From an uncultured Nitrososphaerota archaeon (GTDB lineage Archaea > Thermoproteota > Nitrososphaeria > Nitrososphaerales > CADDZS01): a DNA stretch of 64,000 nt. The translations under genes and the position numbers were made by a program. Numbering within the stretch: the stretch's first letter is position 1; each line of letters starts with the position of its first letter. The stretch covers positions 2,048,001 to 2,112,000 of the forward strand of contig CAWCYI010000004.1 of the NCBI GenBank assembly GCA_963799845.1, read 5' to 3'. The notes under the pieces were generated by a model. It ran no database searches, was not told where the DNA came from, and saw only the letters and a list, made by a program, of their open reading frames with translations. Shown in pieces: positions 1-9,401 of the stretch.

Positions 1-348
1 ATAATTCCCAAGTGGACAGGTGAGCCAGCTCGCGAAGTACTCGCGAGGATTTACGTTGATTATGAATATGGCGGTGTTTCTGATGAAAAAGGCAACAGCA
101 TCGCCGTTTTCAATTTTGGAGAACATGGTAAGAAACGGATCAACCTGACTTATTTCGGGCTTGTCGATGGGGTTCCCAGAAGAGCTGGGATCGGTAAGAG
201 GGCCTTTGAGAATCTTGAGGACCACTTCCACGATCAGGGATTCACGAGAATCACTCTGCAAAATGTGATCGCGTCGGCCGAACCGTTCTGGAAGTACATG
301 GGTTTCAGTCCAACACAGAAACCGCACGAATGGGCGAAGGAAATCTAA
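1..348 (+). CDS. GNAT-family acetyltransferase (5'-partial)
   Basis: Frame 1 is open from the window start to TAA at 346-348 (not in the ORF track). It contains motif A 'PRRAGIGKRAF' and the C-terminal 'AEPFWKYMGF'. Confidence 0.75.
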   Translation: MIPKWTGEPAREVLARIYVDYEYGGVSDEKGNSIAVFNFGEHGKKRINLTYFGLVDGVPRRAGIGKRAFENLEDHFHDQGFTRITLQNVIASAEPFWKYMGFSPTQKPHEWAKEI

Positions 349-597
349 TTGCCACCACATCATTATCCCAAAAAACGAGGCGGCCAGATCCCGAGACGGA
401 ATGGATTCCCACGGAAGGAGAACGACGGGGAGGGAATGGCTGGTTTTGCTGCACAAAGAATGATCAAAGGGTACATGGAAAGACGGGACTATTCGGTACT
501 ATCCGACAGTCCACTTTTGGTCCGCAGGCAATTCCACGATATTGACGTGGAAGCTTCATTCGATCCAATAAAGAACGAATTGGTAGTAACAGCCTAG
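349..597 (+). CDS. Hypothetical protein with HY tag (MPPHHYPKKR)
   Basis: TTG start directly after the upstream stop; tag present. Confidence 0.7.
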   Translation: MPPHHYPKKRGGQIPRRNGFPRKENDGEGMAGFAAQRMIKGYMERRDYSVLSDSPLLVRRQFHDIDVEASFDPIKNELVVTA

Positions 598-713
598 AAA
601 GGCGCAGATGATCAAAAGCCATTCCTAAACGTGCGCGTGGGAAAATTACATTCAATCGATAGCGTTTCAAAAGCCGTGGAATTTGTCGAGACGATTAAGG
701 CGGACTAAAGTAA

Positions 714-1106
714 ATGTCTCACCAGTACACTAACCGCCGCAGCACTCGGTATCGTCCTGGAGTACGGAAGATTCTCAAAGAGATCGAGGCTCGCGCGGCT
801 CGCGAGGCTATCTCGCGCCACAAAGCTGAGAAAGCCAAACTAGCTGAAAAACTATCTGAGACGGCCTTTAGGCAAAAAGTAGCTGCGCTGAAAACGCTCA
901 TCGCGAAAGATGCGAAGTTCCGAGAACCACTAACGAATACTGCGGGATTCGAGACTCCTGAATTTTTCGCTGCTTTAAACACGCGAGCTATCGTCAGAAA
1001 GCGGGTCTACACATTGATCCACGAGCTGCAAGAGTCCGCGCCAGAATTTGACTGGACCGCCATTCAGCGGGCTTTTCTGATCATAGATCGCGAACAAAGA
1101 AAGTAG
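714..1106 (+). CDS. Basic helical protein with tag variant (MSHQYTNRR)
   Basis: 130-aa ORF with tag variant. Confidence 0.7.
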   Translation: MSHQYTNRRSTRYRPGVRKILKEIEARAAREAISRHKAEKAKLAEKLSETAFRQKVAALKTLIAKDAKFREPLTNTAGFETPEFFAALNTRAIVRKRVYTLIHELQESAPEFDWTAIQRAFLIIDREQRK

Positions 1107-1126
1107 CTCGGGTAGTGCTTCTGCAT
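1064..1126 (-). pseudogene. Tag-only minigene or remnant MQKHYPSYFLCSRSMIRKAR
   Basis: ATG at 1126 preceded by AATTTCCTTTTTCTCTTA; 20 codons overlapping the end of the convergent 714-1106 gene. Confidence 0.45.
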
Positions 1127-1144
1127 TAAGAGAAAAAGGAAATT

Positions 1145-1657
1145 CTACATCGTCGGGCTAGTGTTCACGGGTTTGGGCGGGAAAATAGTGGCAGAGAGAC
1201 GCGGCCAAAATTTCTCGTGATCTTCATATTTTGCATCATTCCAGCCTGGGTACTCTTTCTTGAGCGCGTCGAGGACGCTGTTCCAAGCCTCGGGTGTAAA
1301 GTGATGAGATCCGTGGACATACCGCCAGTTATCTCGCTTGTATTTTGGTAGCAGAGCTTCTACTGATTCCGAGGAAGGTCCATCGACCCATCTCACGTCG
1401 ATACTCTCGCCGCCAGAGTATTGATCAATGCGTACTGAGGACGACGCATCGGGAAACATTTCTTTCAACTCTACTCTCAGGACTTTTGCAGCATCCTGGA
1501 CAGGCATCTCTTTGAGATCCTTTTCGGAGTACCTAGAGGGAATTATTTTTGGTACTTTCTTCCGTTCATTCCTCTCGATACGGGGCGCACCGCCAGTCGA
1601 TCTTCTGTAATTTAGTACCCGATCATGGGGCTGCCGTCTCGGATAATGCTGCGCCAT
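1145..1657 (-). CDS. LPD29-like (polyvalent-protein-associated) domain protein with HY tag
   Basis: Starts MAQHYPRRQP. 'AAKVLRVELKEMFP...SVRIDQYSGGESIDVRWVDGPS' resembles the LPD29 signature. Confidence 0.65.
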   Translation of the reverse strand: MAQHYPRRQPHDRVLNYRRSTGGAPRIERNERKKVPKIIPSRYSEKDLKEMPVQDAAKVLRVELKEMFPDASSSVRIDQYSGGESIDVRWVDGPSSESVEALLPKYKRDNWRYVHGSHHFTPEAWNSVLDALKKEYPGWNDAKYEDHEKFWPRLSATIFPPKPVNTSPTM

Positions 1658-1836
1658 TATTGGAAAAAGGAGATTTTCTGGATCGATTGCTACGTGATGA
1701 GAAATTCATCCGTGATGACGACCAGCCTAACAATGGTTAATCTGATCGAGAGATGCGAGATTCTTTTCGGTCTGCCTCGGCCCTTAGCGCGAGCAACAGG
1801 TTATCCGTCAGCTGTACGGTCTTATTCTGTGCCAAC

Positions 1837-1992
1837 TCAAGACCTGATATGTTTCAGGATTTTCTCGCAGCTCTCAAGCATCGATCGTACATCCTCTTTG
1901 CTGAGAGTCCTTTCCGTGAACACTGCGGTGCTACCGAGTCGCCTCTTGATATTGCTGACCTCGCTCTCGACGAGAACAGGCTGCATCGTCAT
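1837..1992 (-). CDS. Small hypothetical protein (51 aa, MTMQPVLVESEV...)
   Basis: Below the ORF-track cutoff; ATG preceded by the AATCTTCCTTTTT element. Confidence 0.45.
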   Translation of the reverse strand: MTMQPVLVESEVSNIKRRLGSTAVFTERTLSKEDVRSMLESCEKILKHIRS

Positions 1993-2012
1993 TACAGGTA
2001 AAAAGGAAGATT

Positions 2013-2387
2013 CTAACAGGAAAGGTTAATCGGGGCCGACGCGCTCAAGACGCTCAAAGTAAAGTTGCTGGTCTTACACGTACTCTGGATGATGTTGCCG
2101 TAAGTGATGATCGCGTAGTACGAATGGCTATTGTCCAGACCCGCCGTGTAATTGACAGTGTTCGCGGGGTTTCCAACTAATTGCGAATTGAAAACAACTT
2201 GCTGTCCATGCTCGTAAGTGATCAATTGGATCTGCTGGACAGGATTTCCATTATTCGCCGTTGCCGTTCCGCTGACGCTGACGCTCGGATAAACAATGCT
2301 TGGATTCTGCGAGACGTAGAGAAACCCGCCGATGATGATGACTATTAGGACGACGATGATAACCGCCGCTACTGCCTTTGCACTCAT
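2013..2387 (-). CDS. Membrane-anchored protein (N-terminal TM, beta-rich ectodomain)
   Basis: Hydrophobic N-terminus; AATTACGCTTTTT upstream. Confidence 0.75.
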   Translation of the reverse strand: MSAKAVAAVIIVVLIVIIIGGFLYVSQNPSIVYPSVSVSGTATANNGNPVQQIQLITYEHGQQVVFNSQLVGNPANTVNYTAGLDNSHSYYAIITYGNIIQSTCKTSNFTLSVLSASAPINLSC

Positions 2388-2412
2388 AGACGAAAAAGCG
2401 TAATTCCGAAAG

Positions 2413-3138
2413 TTAGGCTCTTTCTTCTTCGCCGCGTGTTTCTGTCTCAGCTAATTCCTCGGTGGACCGCTGTTGAGAAAGGTGTGGCTGCGCGGGCGGT
2501 CTTGCTACGAAGGCATTGGACGAGAGACGTTGCGCCCAATTCTGCCAGCTTGCGGGATCCACGTCCTTCGGGTTGATCCTAGCATTGACGTACACGATTT
2601 TATTGCCCTGTTCATCCTCGGAAGCTAAAGGCAACGAATCGCCGCCAGGAACAGAGGCTGCTGGAAACATGGCTCTAAAGTAGACCATTCCATCGTCGCT
2701 GCCGATTCTCATCTGATCGGTGTACTGGTATCCGACAGTGATCCCACTCGATTCAGGAAAAAACCATTGGCCATCAGGAGCTTGGATCGCGTACAGGAAT
2801 CGCTTGTCGTTTGGCGAGCCATCCTCGTTGGTAACTTTTGGACTCAAAAGAAACGAAGATCTGAGATCGCCTAACGACTCAAACATGCTTTCGAGAACCA
2901 CGGCGGCCCTAACCTTTTCCACGTCCATCTCGGGATTCTTTTGCAGCTCTTCGTCAAGATGCCCCATATTCGACTCCATCTTTTGCTGAAACACTCCGAG
3001 AGTAGAATTTGAGTTAGAAGCTGGCGGCAACGGTCTTTCGTTATCCGCAAAGTCTTGGGGTGGCAGCAGAGGCATACGGGGCCCTGGTGCGGTCTTTGGT
3101 TTCTTCTGGGAATAGTGGTGGGTGGGCGTTTCGCTCAT
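2413..3138 (-). CDS. Hypothetical protein with HY tag (MSETPTHHYSQKKPK)
   Basis: About 241-aa ORF coupled to the upstream gene; tag present. Confidence 0.75.
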   Translation of the reverse strand: MSETPTHHYSQKKPKTAPGPRMPLLPPQDFADNERPLPPASNSNSTLGVFQQKMESNMGHLDEELQKNPEMDVEKVRAAVVLESMFESLGDLRSSFLLSPKVTNEDGSPNDKRFLYAIQAPDGQWFFPESSGITVGYQYTDQMRIGSDDGMVYFRAMFPAASVPGGDSLPLASEDEQGNKIVYVNARINPKDVDPASWQNWAQRLSSNAFVARPPAQPHLSQQRSTEELAETETRGEEERA

Positions 3139-3359
3139 CAACGTCGCCGATCTGGTGGACTCTTGGCTATGTGTTCCATTGCCTCGGCTTTATCTTTCAG
3201 CGTTCCGCCGTTCCTGATAATATCTCGCTCGGTTCCGAACACGTAAGCTCCCGCCCTTTTCTTTCCAATCGTTTTTGTGGCACTCGCGAGAGCTCTATTT
3301 CGGATCTGGCGATACTTCGTCATATTCAATCGCCCGCCGTAGTGGTGGCCACTTGGCAT
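3138..3359 (-). CDS. Small basic protein with HY tag (MPSGHHYGGR)
   Basis: Start re-assigned to ATG 3359, which follows TTTTCCTTTTTCCTCT. Confidence 0.65.
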   Translation of the reverse strand: MPSGHHYGGRLNMTKYRQIRNRALASATKTIGKKRAGAYVFGTERDIIRNGGTLKDKAEAMEHIAKSPPDRRR

Positions 3360-3475
3360 AGAGGAAAAAGGAAAATACATGCTTTTTCTTATGTTTAGGA
3401 TGCCGGTGCGCTACAAATTTCTCGCTGTCTCACTGTCGCTAATAATTCTGATTAGTCTGGCGGGCCTCGGCGGTT

Positions 3476-3958
3476 TTGGGTTGCGTTCATCCGCTTCAAC
3501 TGAGACGCGCGCGCGCGCCTCTGGCACTTCCTCTGGATTCCATTCCATTGCAGACTACTGTGAGTACTGCCGAAGCCTTTGCAGACGTAATTTACGTTGA
3601 TCGGACAAAGGGCATTTTACGGCACACTCACACCGAAGATTGCAAGCTCCGTGAAAAATGTCGTGGGGTAGGTCGATGGAAAACGATCTACATGCAAACT
3701 CGGACGGGTCCGCAAATCGGCCCCGTTTTCATTGATTGCTGCGATGAGTGCGGTGGGAAGGGCTGTCTAGTCCGAAAGCGCAAACGGAGAAAAGATGCCA
3801 GAGCTGGACACCAATGGCTCGAAGATGTTGCACCCCAATCAGCGATTGAGTTGATGTGGTCGACACCACTCTATCGCTTCCTGATAGTGGACGGTTCACG
3901 TTTCAGAAAATTGTTTGAAACTGTGGTCGAGATCAACATGCTCGAAGGCGTTGCATGA
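3476..3958 (+). CDS. Hypothetical Cys-rich (CxxCxGxG-like) protein; start uncertain
   Basis: 'EKCRGVG' and 'CDECGGKG' are DnaJ-like Zn-finger repeats. Confidence 0.45.
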   Translation: MGCVHPLQLRRARAPLALPLDSIPLQTTVSTAEAFADVIYVDRTKGILRHTHTEDCKLREKCRGVGRWKTIYMQTRTGPQIGPVFIDCCDECGGKGCLVRKRKRRKDARAGHQWLEDVAPQSAIELMWSTPLYRFLIVDGSRFRKLFETVVEINMLEGVA

Positions 3959-4243
3959 ATCTAAATAGACAGCGCGAGAGCGCGTTCTAACTGTCGTAGA
4001 TAATCCAAAGCCTTCTCATCCTCGGTATGCGAGCGAAAAGTCTTGAGATGAGTTTCGCAGATCACATCGTCACCAGCGAGCCAGTTCAGGAATCTGGATA
4101 ACAGACTTTCCATGAGAGTAAAAGGGAATTTACTCGATCTTCTTGAAATTCCCGTACTTCGCCATCTGCTCGTTGATGTACTTCACTAGATAATCCCGAA
4201 CCTTCTGGTGAATATAACTCGGCCCACTTATGAACAAGCAAGT

Positions 4244-5104
4244 TCAGGGAGCCATAAATGCGTTGATATTTTCTCTCGCCCACATTTCAAATGTGCGACC
4301 GTGGTGTCCCGTGAGTCTCTCCACGGTATCAGAAACATATCCAAATTTGCTGCTGCGAATAGCACCAAGCGACTCAACTAGTCCGGCTACGACTTGTGGC
4401 CCAAGACCCATTCTCGCCATCGGTTCTGCCGCGGCGGATTCCGGTACTTCTACGTAGCGGATAGATCTGCCCGTTGCTTTGGACAAAACATTGACCATGT
4501 CGGCGATTGTTAGAGACTCGGGGCCGGTGACATCGTAAGCGTGCCCTAGGTGTCCCGGTTCCGTCAGCACTATCTTTGCAACAGCTGCTATATCGTGTGG
4601 ATCCACCGGGGAAACTCGTCCCTTCCCGCCTGGAAAGAACACGGTATTCTGTTTCTGTATGTTTCTCGCCCACCACTGTATTGTGTTCGACATCATCATG
4701 TTGGGTCGGAGATGTGTCCAGGCGAGACCACTCGCCTCGATGCTCTTTTCATCTTCTCTGTGCCACTTCCCCGGGCCTATCGGCGGGACAGCCCCGGCTT
4801 CAATCGTCGACTGCCTTACGACGTGTTCTACGCCAGCTTCCTTTGCGGCTGCAATCAGGTTTGGTAGCTGGACTGAGCCAAATGTGATGGCGTATACTCC
4901 ACTCACACCATCCATGATTCCGCTTAGTGTTTCTGCTTTCTCCAGGTCGCAAACTCTTACATCAGCACGTCTGTCAATTAATTCTCTCCTAACTGAATCT
5001 CGCGTCAGCGCCCTAACATTCACACCCGAATCTAAGAGTTGGGGCACAAGTTCCTTCCCAACGTTTCCTGTCGAACCAGTCACAAGAATTACTTTCTTTG
5101 CCAC
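4244..5104 (-). CDS. NmrA-like / atypical SDR NAD(P)H-binding oxidoreductase
   Basis: N-terminal 'ILVTGSTGNVG' Rossmann motif, 'WTHLRPN', 'YDVTGPESLT'. Confidence 0.9.
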   Translation of the reverse strand: MAKKVILVTGSTGNVGKELVPQLLDSGVNVRALTRDSVRRELIDRRADVRVCDLEKAETLSGIMDGVSGVYAITFGSVQLPNLIAAAKEAGVEHVVRQSTIEAGAVPPIGPGKWHREDEKSIEASGLAWTHLRPNMMMSNTIQWWARNIQKQNTVFFPGGKGRVSPVDPHDIAAVAKIVLTEPGHLGHAYDVTGPESLTIADMVNVLSKATGRSIRYVEVPESAAAEPMARMGLGPQVVAGLVESLGAIRSSKFGYVSDTVERLTGHHGRTFEMWARENINAFMAP

Positions 5105-5452
5105 TGAAAACTTCCCATCAATACTGTAACTATAGAAACGTTAAAGCTTTATTGCTTATGCTTTATCCGTGTCTATTACCATTAACTATGCCTGACGATA
5201 CTGAATGGGATAGATTGGTTATTCGTTTGTACCCGATGAAGCGTTGGCAAGCATTTCTTTTCCTCGGACAAGTTGCAAGACTAAAATTACCGTAGTTGTT
5301 CCACGAGATGAAGGGTCGAACAATATCCTGATTGGCAATGATTATATGAAAAAGACTGGAATGGTGGTCGGCTTTACTCGTCCAAGGATTTTCTCCTGCT
5401 CCCTTCCCTCTAAGAAGGAGGATCAAATCGAAGTTTTTGAACATGATTAGAA

Positions 5453-5746
5453 CTAAAAACTTCTAAAGAGTAGCTTCGTGTTTATTTGTTCCTTGATGAA
5501 TGATGGGCTTAATTTCGTGTAATACTGCAAAATTGTCGCAGGCTTGTCTCCTGCGTTCTCGATTACAATGCTGATTGGGATGTTACTCTCAAAACTAAGC
5601 GTGATGTAGGTGTGCCTTACGCAATGCCAAGACTTTAGTTTGCTCAGAATCCGGCCAGTCCACTTCTGAATCGTTCGTTCCACAGTCTTTGAGGACATAT
5701 CAAAGAACTTTGGACTTCTCTTGTCCACTCTCTCATTTCTCGGCAT
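5453..5746 (-). pseudogene. C-terminal fragment of a tyrosine recombinase/integrase
   Basis: 'WHCVRHTY' (H-x-x-R) and 'AGD...TILQYY' catalytic Tyr region; N-terminal part absent. Confidence 0.7.
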
Positions 5747-6431
5747 CTTGCAACCTTTGATCCGCCCCTGATAGTCGTTCTGTCGCTTTCACAGTTCTTA
5801 GGTACGAATAGATCTCATAAGAAACTATAGCAATCCAAAGTATGATTGATCCGATCAGAAAACGCTCGAATAATCCGCTATAGCTGTTCGAGAAATGACG
5901 GAAGAACGGTCGTACTCCCCAGTAGAATACCATGAACAAAACTCCGATTACCGAAATGGCGAGTGCTAACTTTTTCGTAGGCTCAGGAAGTTTCACGCTT
6001 TTCAGTTGTAGAGATATCGAGAGCTCGCCGAGTGGTGCTGCGATGAATGCGATTATTCCGATCACCGTATGAATCGCCAAAGTCTTGCCTGTGGCCGGAA
6101 AAGCAGCTAACAAGAGAGCTCCGACGCCCCAGATTCCAATTGCATACAGTCCTAATCTGAACCTTCTCGAAATGGCCCCGAGCTCGGGAAGGATCTTGCC
6201 AAATGCATAAACGAAAAGAAGGGAAAAGACACCGCGATTCACGAAGTTGATCGTCATAATATACCCGTAGGGTCCTACTGCAAGCAGACTTTCGGTTTGG
6301 GATATTGGACTATAGTGAGGCGGGAGCAACTGAGCTATGGCGACGAGCGCCACGTAGAGAACGATAAGGAAGTCAATTAAAAGAAATATCCTTAGATCAA
6401 TTGTCTTGTTACCATGATCTTTAGCGGCCAT
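5733..6431 (-). CDS. DUF998-like multi-pass membrane protein
   Basis: 'YSPISQTESLLAVGPYG', 'HTVIG', 'GLFERF' and about 6 TM helices. Confidence 0.75.
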   Translation of the reverse strand: MAAKDHGNKTIDLRIFLLIDFLIVLYVALVAIAQLLPPHYSPISQTESLLAVGPYGYIMTINFVNRGVFSLLFVYAFGKILPELGAISRRFRLGLYAIGIWGVGALLLAAFPATGKTLAIHTVIGIIAFIAAPLGELSISLQLKSVKLPEPTKKLALAISVIGVLFMVFYWGVRPFFRHFSNSYSGLFERFLIGSIILWIAIVSYEIYSYLRTVKATERLSGADQRLQDAEK

Positions 6432-6495
6432 TCTTGTCGGTCCTCCGTGGTGTGTCTTACACAATGCCAAGATTATGCGGATTTCAAAGTTCTTG

Positions 6496-7077
6496 TTAAA
6501 TCCGTTTACATTCTTTTAGTGCTTTGCATAATAATCGGCGACTGCCCTGAATGACTCCTTCGGTTCCCAAGGCATGTCGGGGTAAGTCTGTGATGATGTA
6601 GTATCCGTGATCCTCAAGCCCAGGGATCTTGAAGGGTTGAGAGTAGATCGCTTTCCCCTCGGGTATGAGCGCCTCTTGTTTCAGCTGATCGAAGGATTTC
6701 GATTTCTTCTCTTGAAGTGGCGGCGTGGGGATAATTGGTGGGATCTGTTTCGTTGTCTCGGGATTGAGACTGTTGATCCGATTATAGAAGGCTAGGGCCG
6801 CTGCATCTTCGTTGGGCTGCGATGGTTCCGCCTTTAGGACAGTCCTTTTCTGATCTGCTTTGAGGCCATAGACAAAATCAGTCTGCCCGTTTCGCAGATT
6901 GTCTGGATATTTCTCTACGTTCTCGGCGTAGATTTCCTTCGCGAGTTTGATCAATCTGTCCAGCGGAGTGCTTCGAGAAACTTTCTTCGGTCGTTTCGGT
7001 CGTTGCGAGTTTTTCTGCCGATGTTTATTCGGGACTAGAAAGAAGCGAGGCTTTCGATTCGGATAGTGCTTATTCAT
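6496..7077 (-). CDS. Hypothetical protein with HY and FFL tag (MNKHYPNRKPRFFLVP)
   Basis: Tag; basic N-terminus. Confidence 0.75.
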   Translation of the reverse strand: MNKHYPNRKPRFFLVPNKHRQKNSQRPKRPKKVSRSTPLDRLIKLAKEIYAENVEKYPDNLRNGQTDFVYGLKADQKRTVLKAEPSQPNEDAAALAFYNRINSLNPETTKQIPPIIPTPPLQEKKSKSFDQLKQEALIPEGKAIYSQPFKIPGLEDHGYYIITDLPRHALGTEGVIQGSRRLLCKALKECKRI

Positions 7078-7309
7078 CGGGCAGTATCACGCCTTCCCAA
7101 TATTCGCCGTTCTTCGTCAGGGTAACGTGGTATCCTTTCAGATGATCGATCGCACCACTTGGGCGTTCTTTGATCTTGTCGAGGCAGAGCATCACTTTGT
7201 CTGGACCGCCAACGTTGTAACCCGTATTATTCCAGAGGCCGCCGATGTAGCGTTCAGCAAAAGGATCCGCCTGTCTTGATCCGAATCTTCTTTCCTTTTC
7301 TTGGGCCAT
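7070..7309 (-). CDS. Small hypothetical protein
   Basis: Overlaps the downstream gene start; operon-like arrangement. Confidence 0.5.
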   Translation of the reverse strand: MAQEKERRFGSRQADPFAERYIGGLWNNTGYNVGGPDKVMLCLDKIKERPSGAIDHLKGYHVTLTKNGEYWEGVILPDE

Positions 7310-7393
7310 TCGATCTGAGCTCTTCCCTCGTATATCCTAAGAACTGGCTCGACCGAATTGTGCGAGTGCGATGCTTGCGCCGTGGATAGTGCT

Positions 7394-8110
7394 TCAATCA
7401 TCCTCAGCGTAGACGAGTTTTCCGAGTTTGCGATCTAGGACATAATACGTTCCGTTGCCAGTAAGGTGATACTCGCGATTGAAGTTCACGAAACGATCTT
7501 GCAGCTTGTCGGTCCTCAGCTCAAGCTCAATATCTTTGTGCCGTCCGCCGCCGCTGAATGGTTTAGTTTCTTCCTGCACCGATAAGTAAAATCGGTCTGG
7601 CGGATCCGCATCCCAGTGTACTGCACCATACTCGATTTGTAGAGCGTTGGGTGGGCTGCCGATCATCTTCGTTCCCAATCTGTAATATTCATTGTTGCCC
7701 TTTGGATCATCTCCGCGTACGACGTGGCGCAAATCAGTGTGAATGTTGTGCGGCTCGAATCCAGCTTCCAGCAAGACGTGTGGTTTGATGCTGTTCTCAA
7801 TGAATTCTTTGAAGGTCCTGCCGCGAGAAATGTGATAGAGCATTACCAGGCTCTCGAATTCTTTCCATGCTGGTAATTCTAGTGATGTTAGCTTTCTATT
7901 GATGTTAGGCTTCGCACCAAAATCGTTGTCGATAAGATCTTGGAAAGCAACCTCGTTAATGTCTAGGCCCTGTTTTTCGAGATAACCCTGATTTGCTTCG
8001 GCATATTCCCTTTTCGGTTCCTTCTTGGGTCTAACGCCGAGAAAGAAATTATTCGTGGCTTTTCGCGGTGAAGCTTTCGCAGGATAGTGCTTGCGGCCTT
8101 TCGATGCCAA
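7394..8110 (-). CDS. Hypothetical protein with HY and FFL tag (MASKGRKHYPAK...NNFFLGV)
   Basis: Start re-assigned to TTG 8110, downstream of the shared A/T element at 8130-8142. Confidence 0.7.
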   Translation of the reverse strand: MASKGRKHYPAKASPRKATNNFFLGVRPKKEPKREYAEANQGYLEKQGLDINEVAFQDLIDNDFGAKPNINRKLTSLELPAWKEFESLVMLYHISRGRTFKEFIENSIKPHVLLEAGFEPHNIHTDLRHVVRGDDPKGNNEYYRLGTKMIGSPPNALQIEYGAVHWDADPPDRFYLSVQEETKPFSGGGRHKDIELELRTDKLQDRFVNFNREYHLTGNGTYYVLDRKLGKLVYAEDD

Positions 8111-8129
8111 CTTGATTCCACTAGCTAGT

Positions 8130-8142
8130 AAAATCACTTTTT
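8130..8142. promoter_or_regulatory. Bidirectional AAAA-TCAC-TTTTT element
   Basis: Lies between divergent tagged starts at 8110(-) and 8149(+). Confidence 0.6.
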
Positions 8143-8148
8143 CTGTAC

Positions 8149-8475
8149 ATGGCTCGAAAGAAATCCTCTCACCACTACGGCAGCCGTCCACCGCGAGCGA
8201 GGAAGGGCGACCTATCGAGCTTCGTTCCGAAGGATAGAACGCCGCCAGCGGGTCTGCGGGCTTTCGATGCTGAACCACGGAGATTGAAGCGGGAAGGCGC
8301 AGAAGATCACCGTCTCGATTCGACACTTGGGATTTACCTGGACAATCAGGGAAGGGTCGATGATCCCGTGCTAACTCTGGACTTCGAGGAAGATGCCCAG
8401 AAGCTCAGCGATTTCCTTAGGGTTTGTCTCGGTGCTTTCTTCCGTAGTAGTGGTGAGCCATCTACGAGAGCCTAG
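8149..8475 (+). CDS. Hypothetical protein with HY tag (MARKKSSHHYGSRPP)
   Basis: Tag and upstream element. Confidence 0.6.
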   Translation: MARKKSSHHYGSRPPRARKGDLSSFVPKDRTPPAGLRAFDAEPRRLKREGAEDHRLDSTLGIYLDNQGRVDDPVLTLDFEEDAQKLSDFLRVCLGAFFRSSGEPSTRA

Positions 8476-8996
8476 CGATAATTGTAACTTCTCAAACGCT
8501 TCGCGTCCTCGACGCTGCCAGCTCGCTGCAACGCCATATCGTATTCGGTGTCCTCGCTTACTAGGCCCGATTTCTTGGCTGCCTTCACCAATTCCATTAG
8601 GGCTGCAAGACCATTTTCAGCTGCCTCGCTGTTTGATTGCATACCGCCAGAGTGCATTTCGCCTTCCAAATTTTCCAGATACTCTTTCGCTGCCGAATAT
8701 TTGTCGTAAGAAATCGCTGGACGCGAAACAGAAGAAACGCCCATCTCTACGATCCGGTAGTGCAGATTTTCTTTCGCCCATTTCTGCTCTGCTTTATTCA
8801 GACCTGAATCCCTCAGCATATCTTCCCAGCTGTACATGCCGCTAAACTGAGAATCCATTGCATCATTGACCTTTCCAATCACATACTCTTTGTTAATCGG
8901 CTCGGGAGATCGTCTATCGGAACCTCTGCTCTTTCTCATTCTGTCCCGTCCGTGATGGGAATTCGATTTGCGGTTAGGGTACTGATGGCTCGGCAT
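8472..8996 (-). CDS. Hypothetical protein with tag variant (MPSHQYPNRK)
   Basis: Tag; GAAAACGTGTTTTTAGATC-ATG upstream. Confidence 0.75.
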   Translation of the reverse strand: MPSHQYPNRKSNSHHGRDRMRKSRGSDRRSPEPINKEYVIGKVNDAMDSQFSGMYSWEDMLRDSGLNKAEQKWAKENLHYRIVEMGVSSVSRPAISYDKYSAAKEYLENLEGEMHSGGMQSNSEAAENGLAALMELVKAAKKSGLVSEDTEYDMALQRAGSVEDAKRLRSYNYR

Positions 8997-9014
8997 GATC
9001 TAAAAACACGTTTT

Positions 9015-9376
9015 CTAATCCGTTTCTTCTCTGTGCCGCATCATCTCGGCTTTCTCAAGCATCGCCACTCGCCTCTGGCCCTTTGTACTTGCAAAGTACT
9101 CTATCCTCGTGGGCTTTTCCTGTCCAAACTCCCAAGTCATGTTTGATTGCAGCAAATTCAAGTCCGACAAGTGATGTACCAGCTCTCTATCTTCCTCGGT
9201 CCTCGGAATGAAGGTCTTATTCTTCACAATGTACGCCAGCATTGCATCTTCTCTCTCTGTCGGCCCAGGTTCATCCACAAATCGCACCACTGGCGAAGAG
9301 CTCAGATTCGTAATCCTAGTGGCGCGCGCGCGCGGTTCACCGCTTTGCGATTAGGATAGTGCTGGCGGTTTCCCAC
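9015..9376 (-). CDS. Hypothetical protein with HY tag (MGNRQHYPNRK), frameshifted in a (CG)n tract
   Basis: GTG at 9376. Adding one CG unit at 9322-9334 joins it to ORF 9015-9290. Confidence 0.6.
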
Positions 9377-9381
9377 GATCT

Positions 9382-9396
9382 AAAAATGCGGTTTTT
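9382..9396. promoter_or_regulatory. Bidirectional AAAAA-TGCGG-TTTTT element
   Basis: Lies between divergent tagged starts at 9376(-) and 9402(+). Confidence 0.65.
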
Positions 9397-9401
9397 CTCT
9401 C

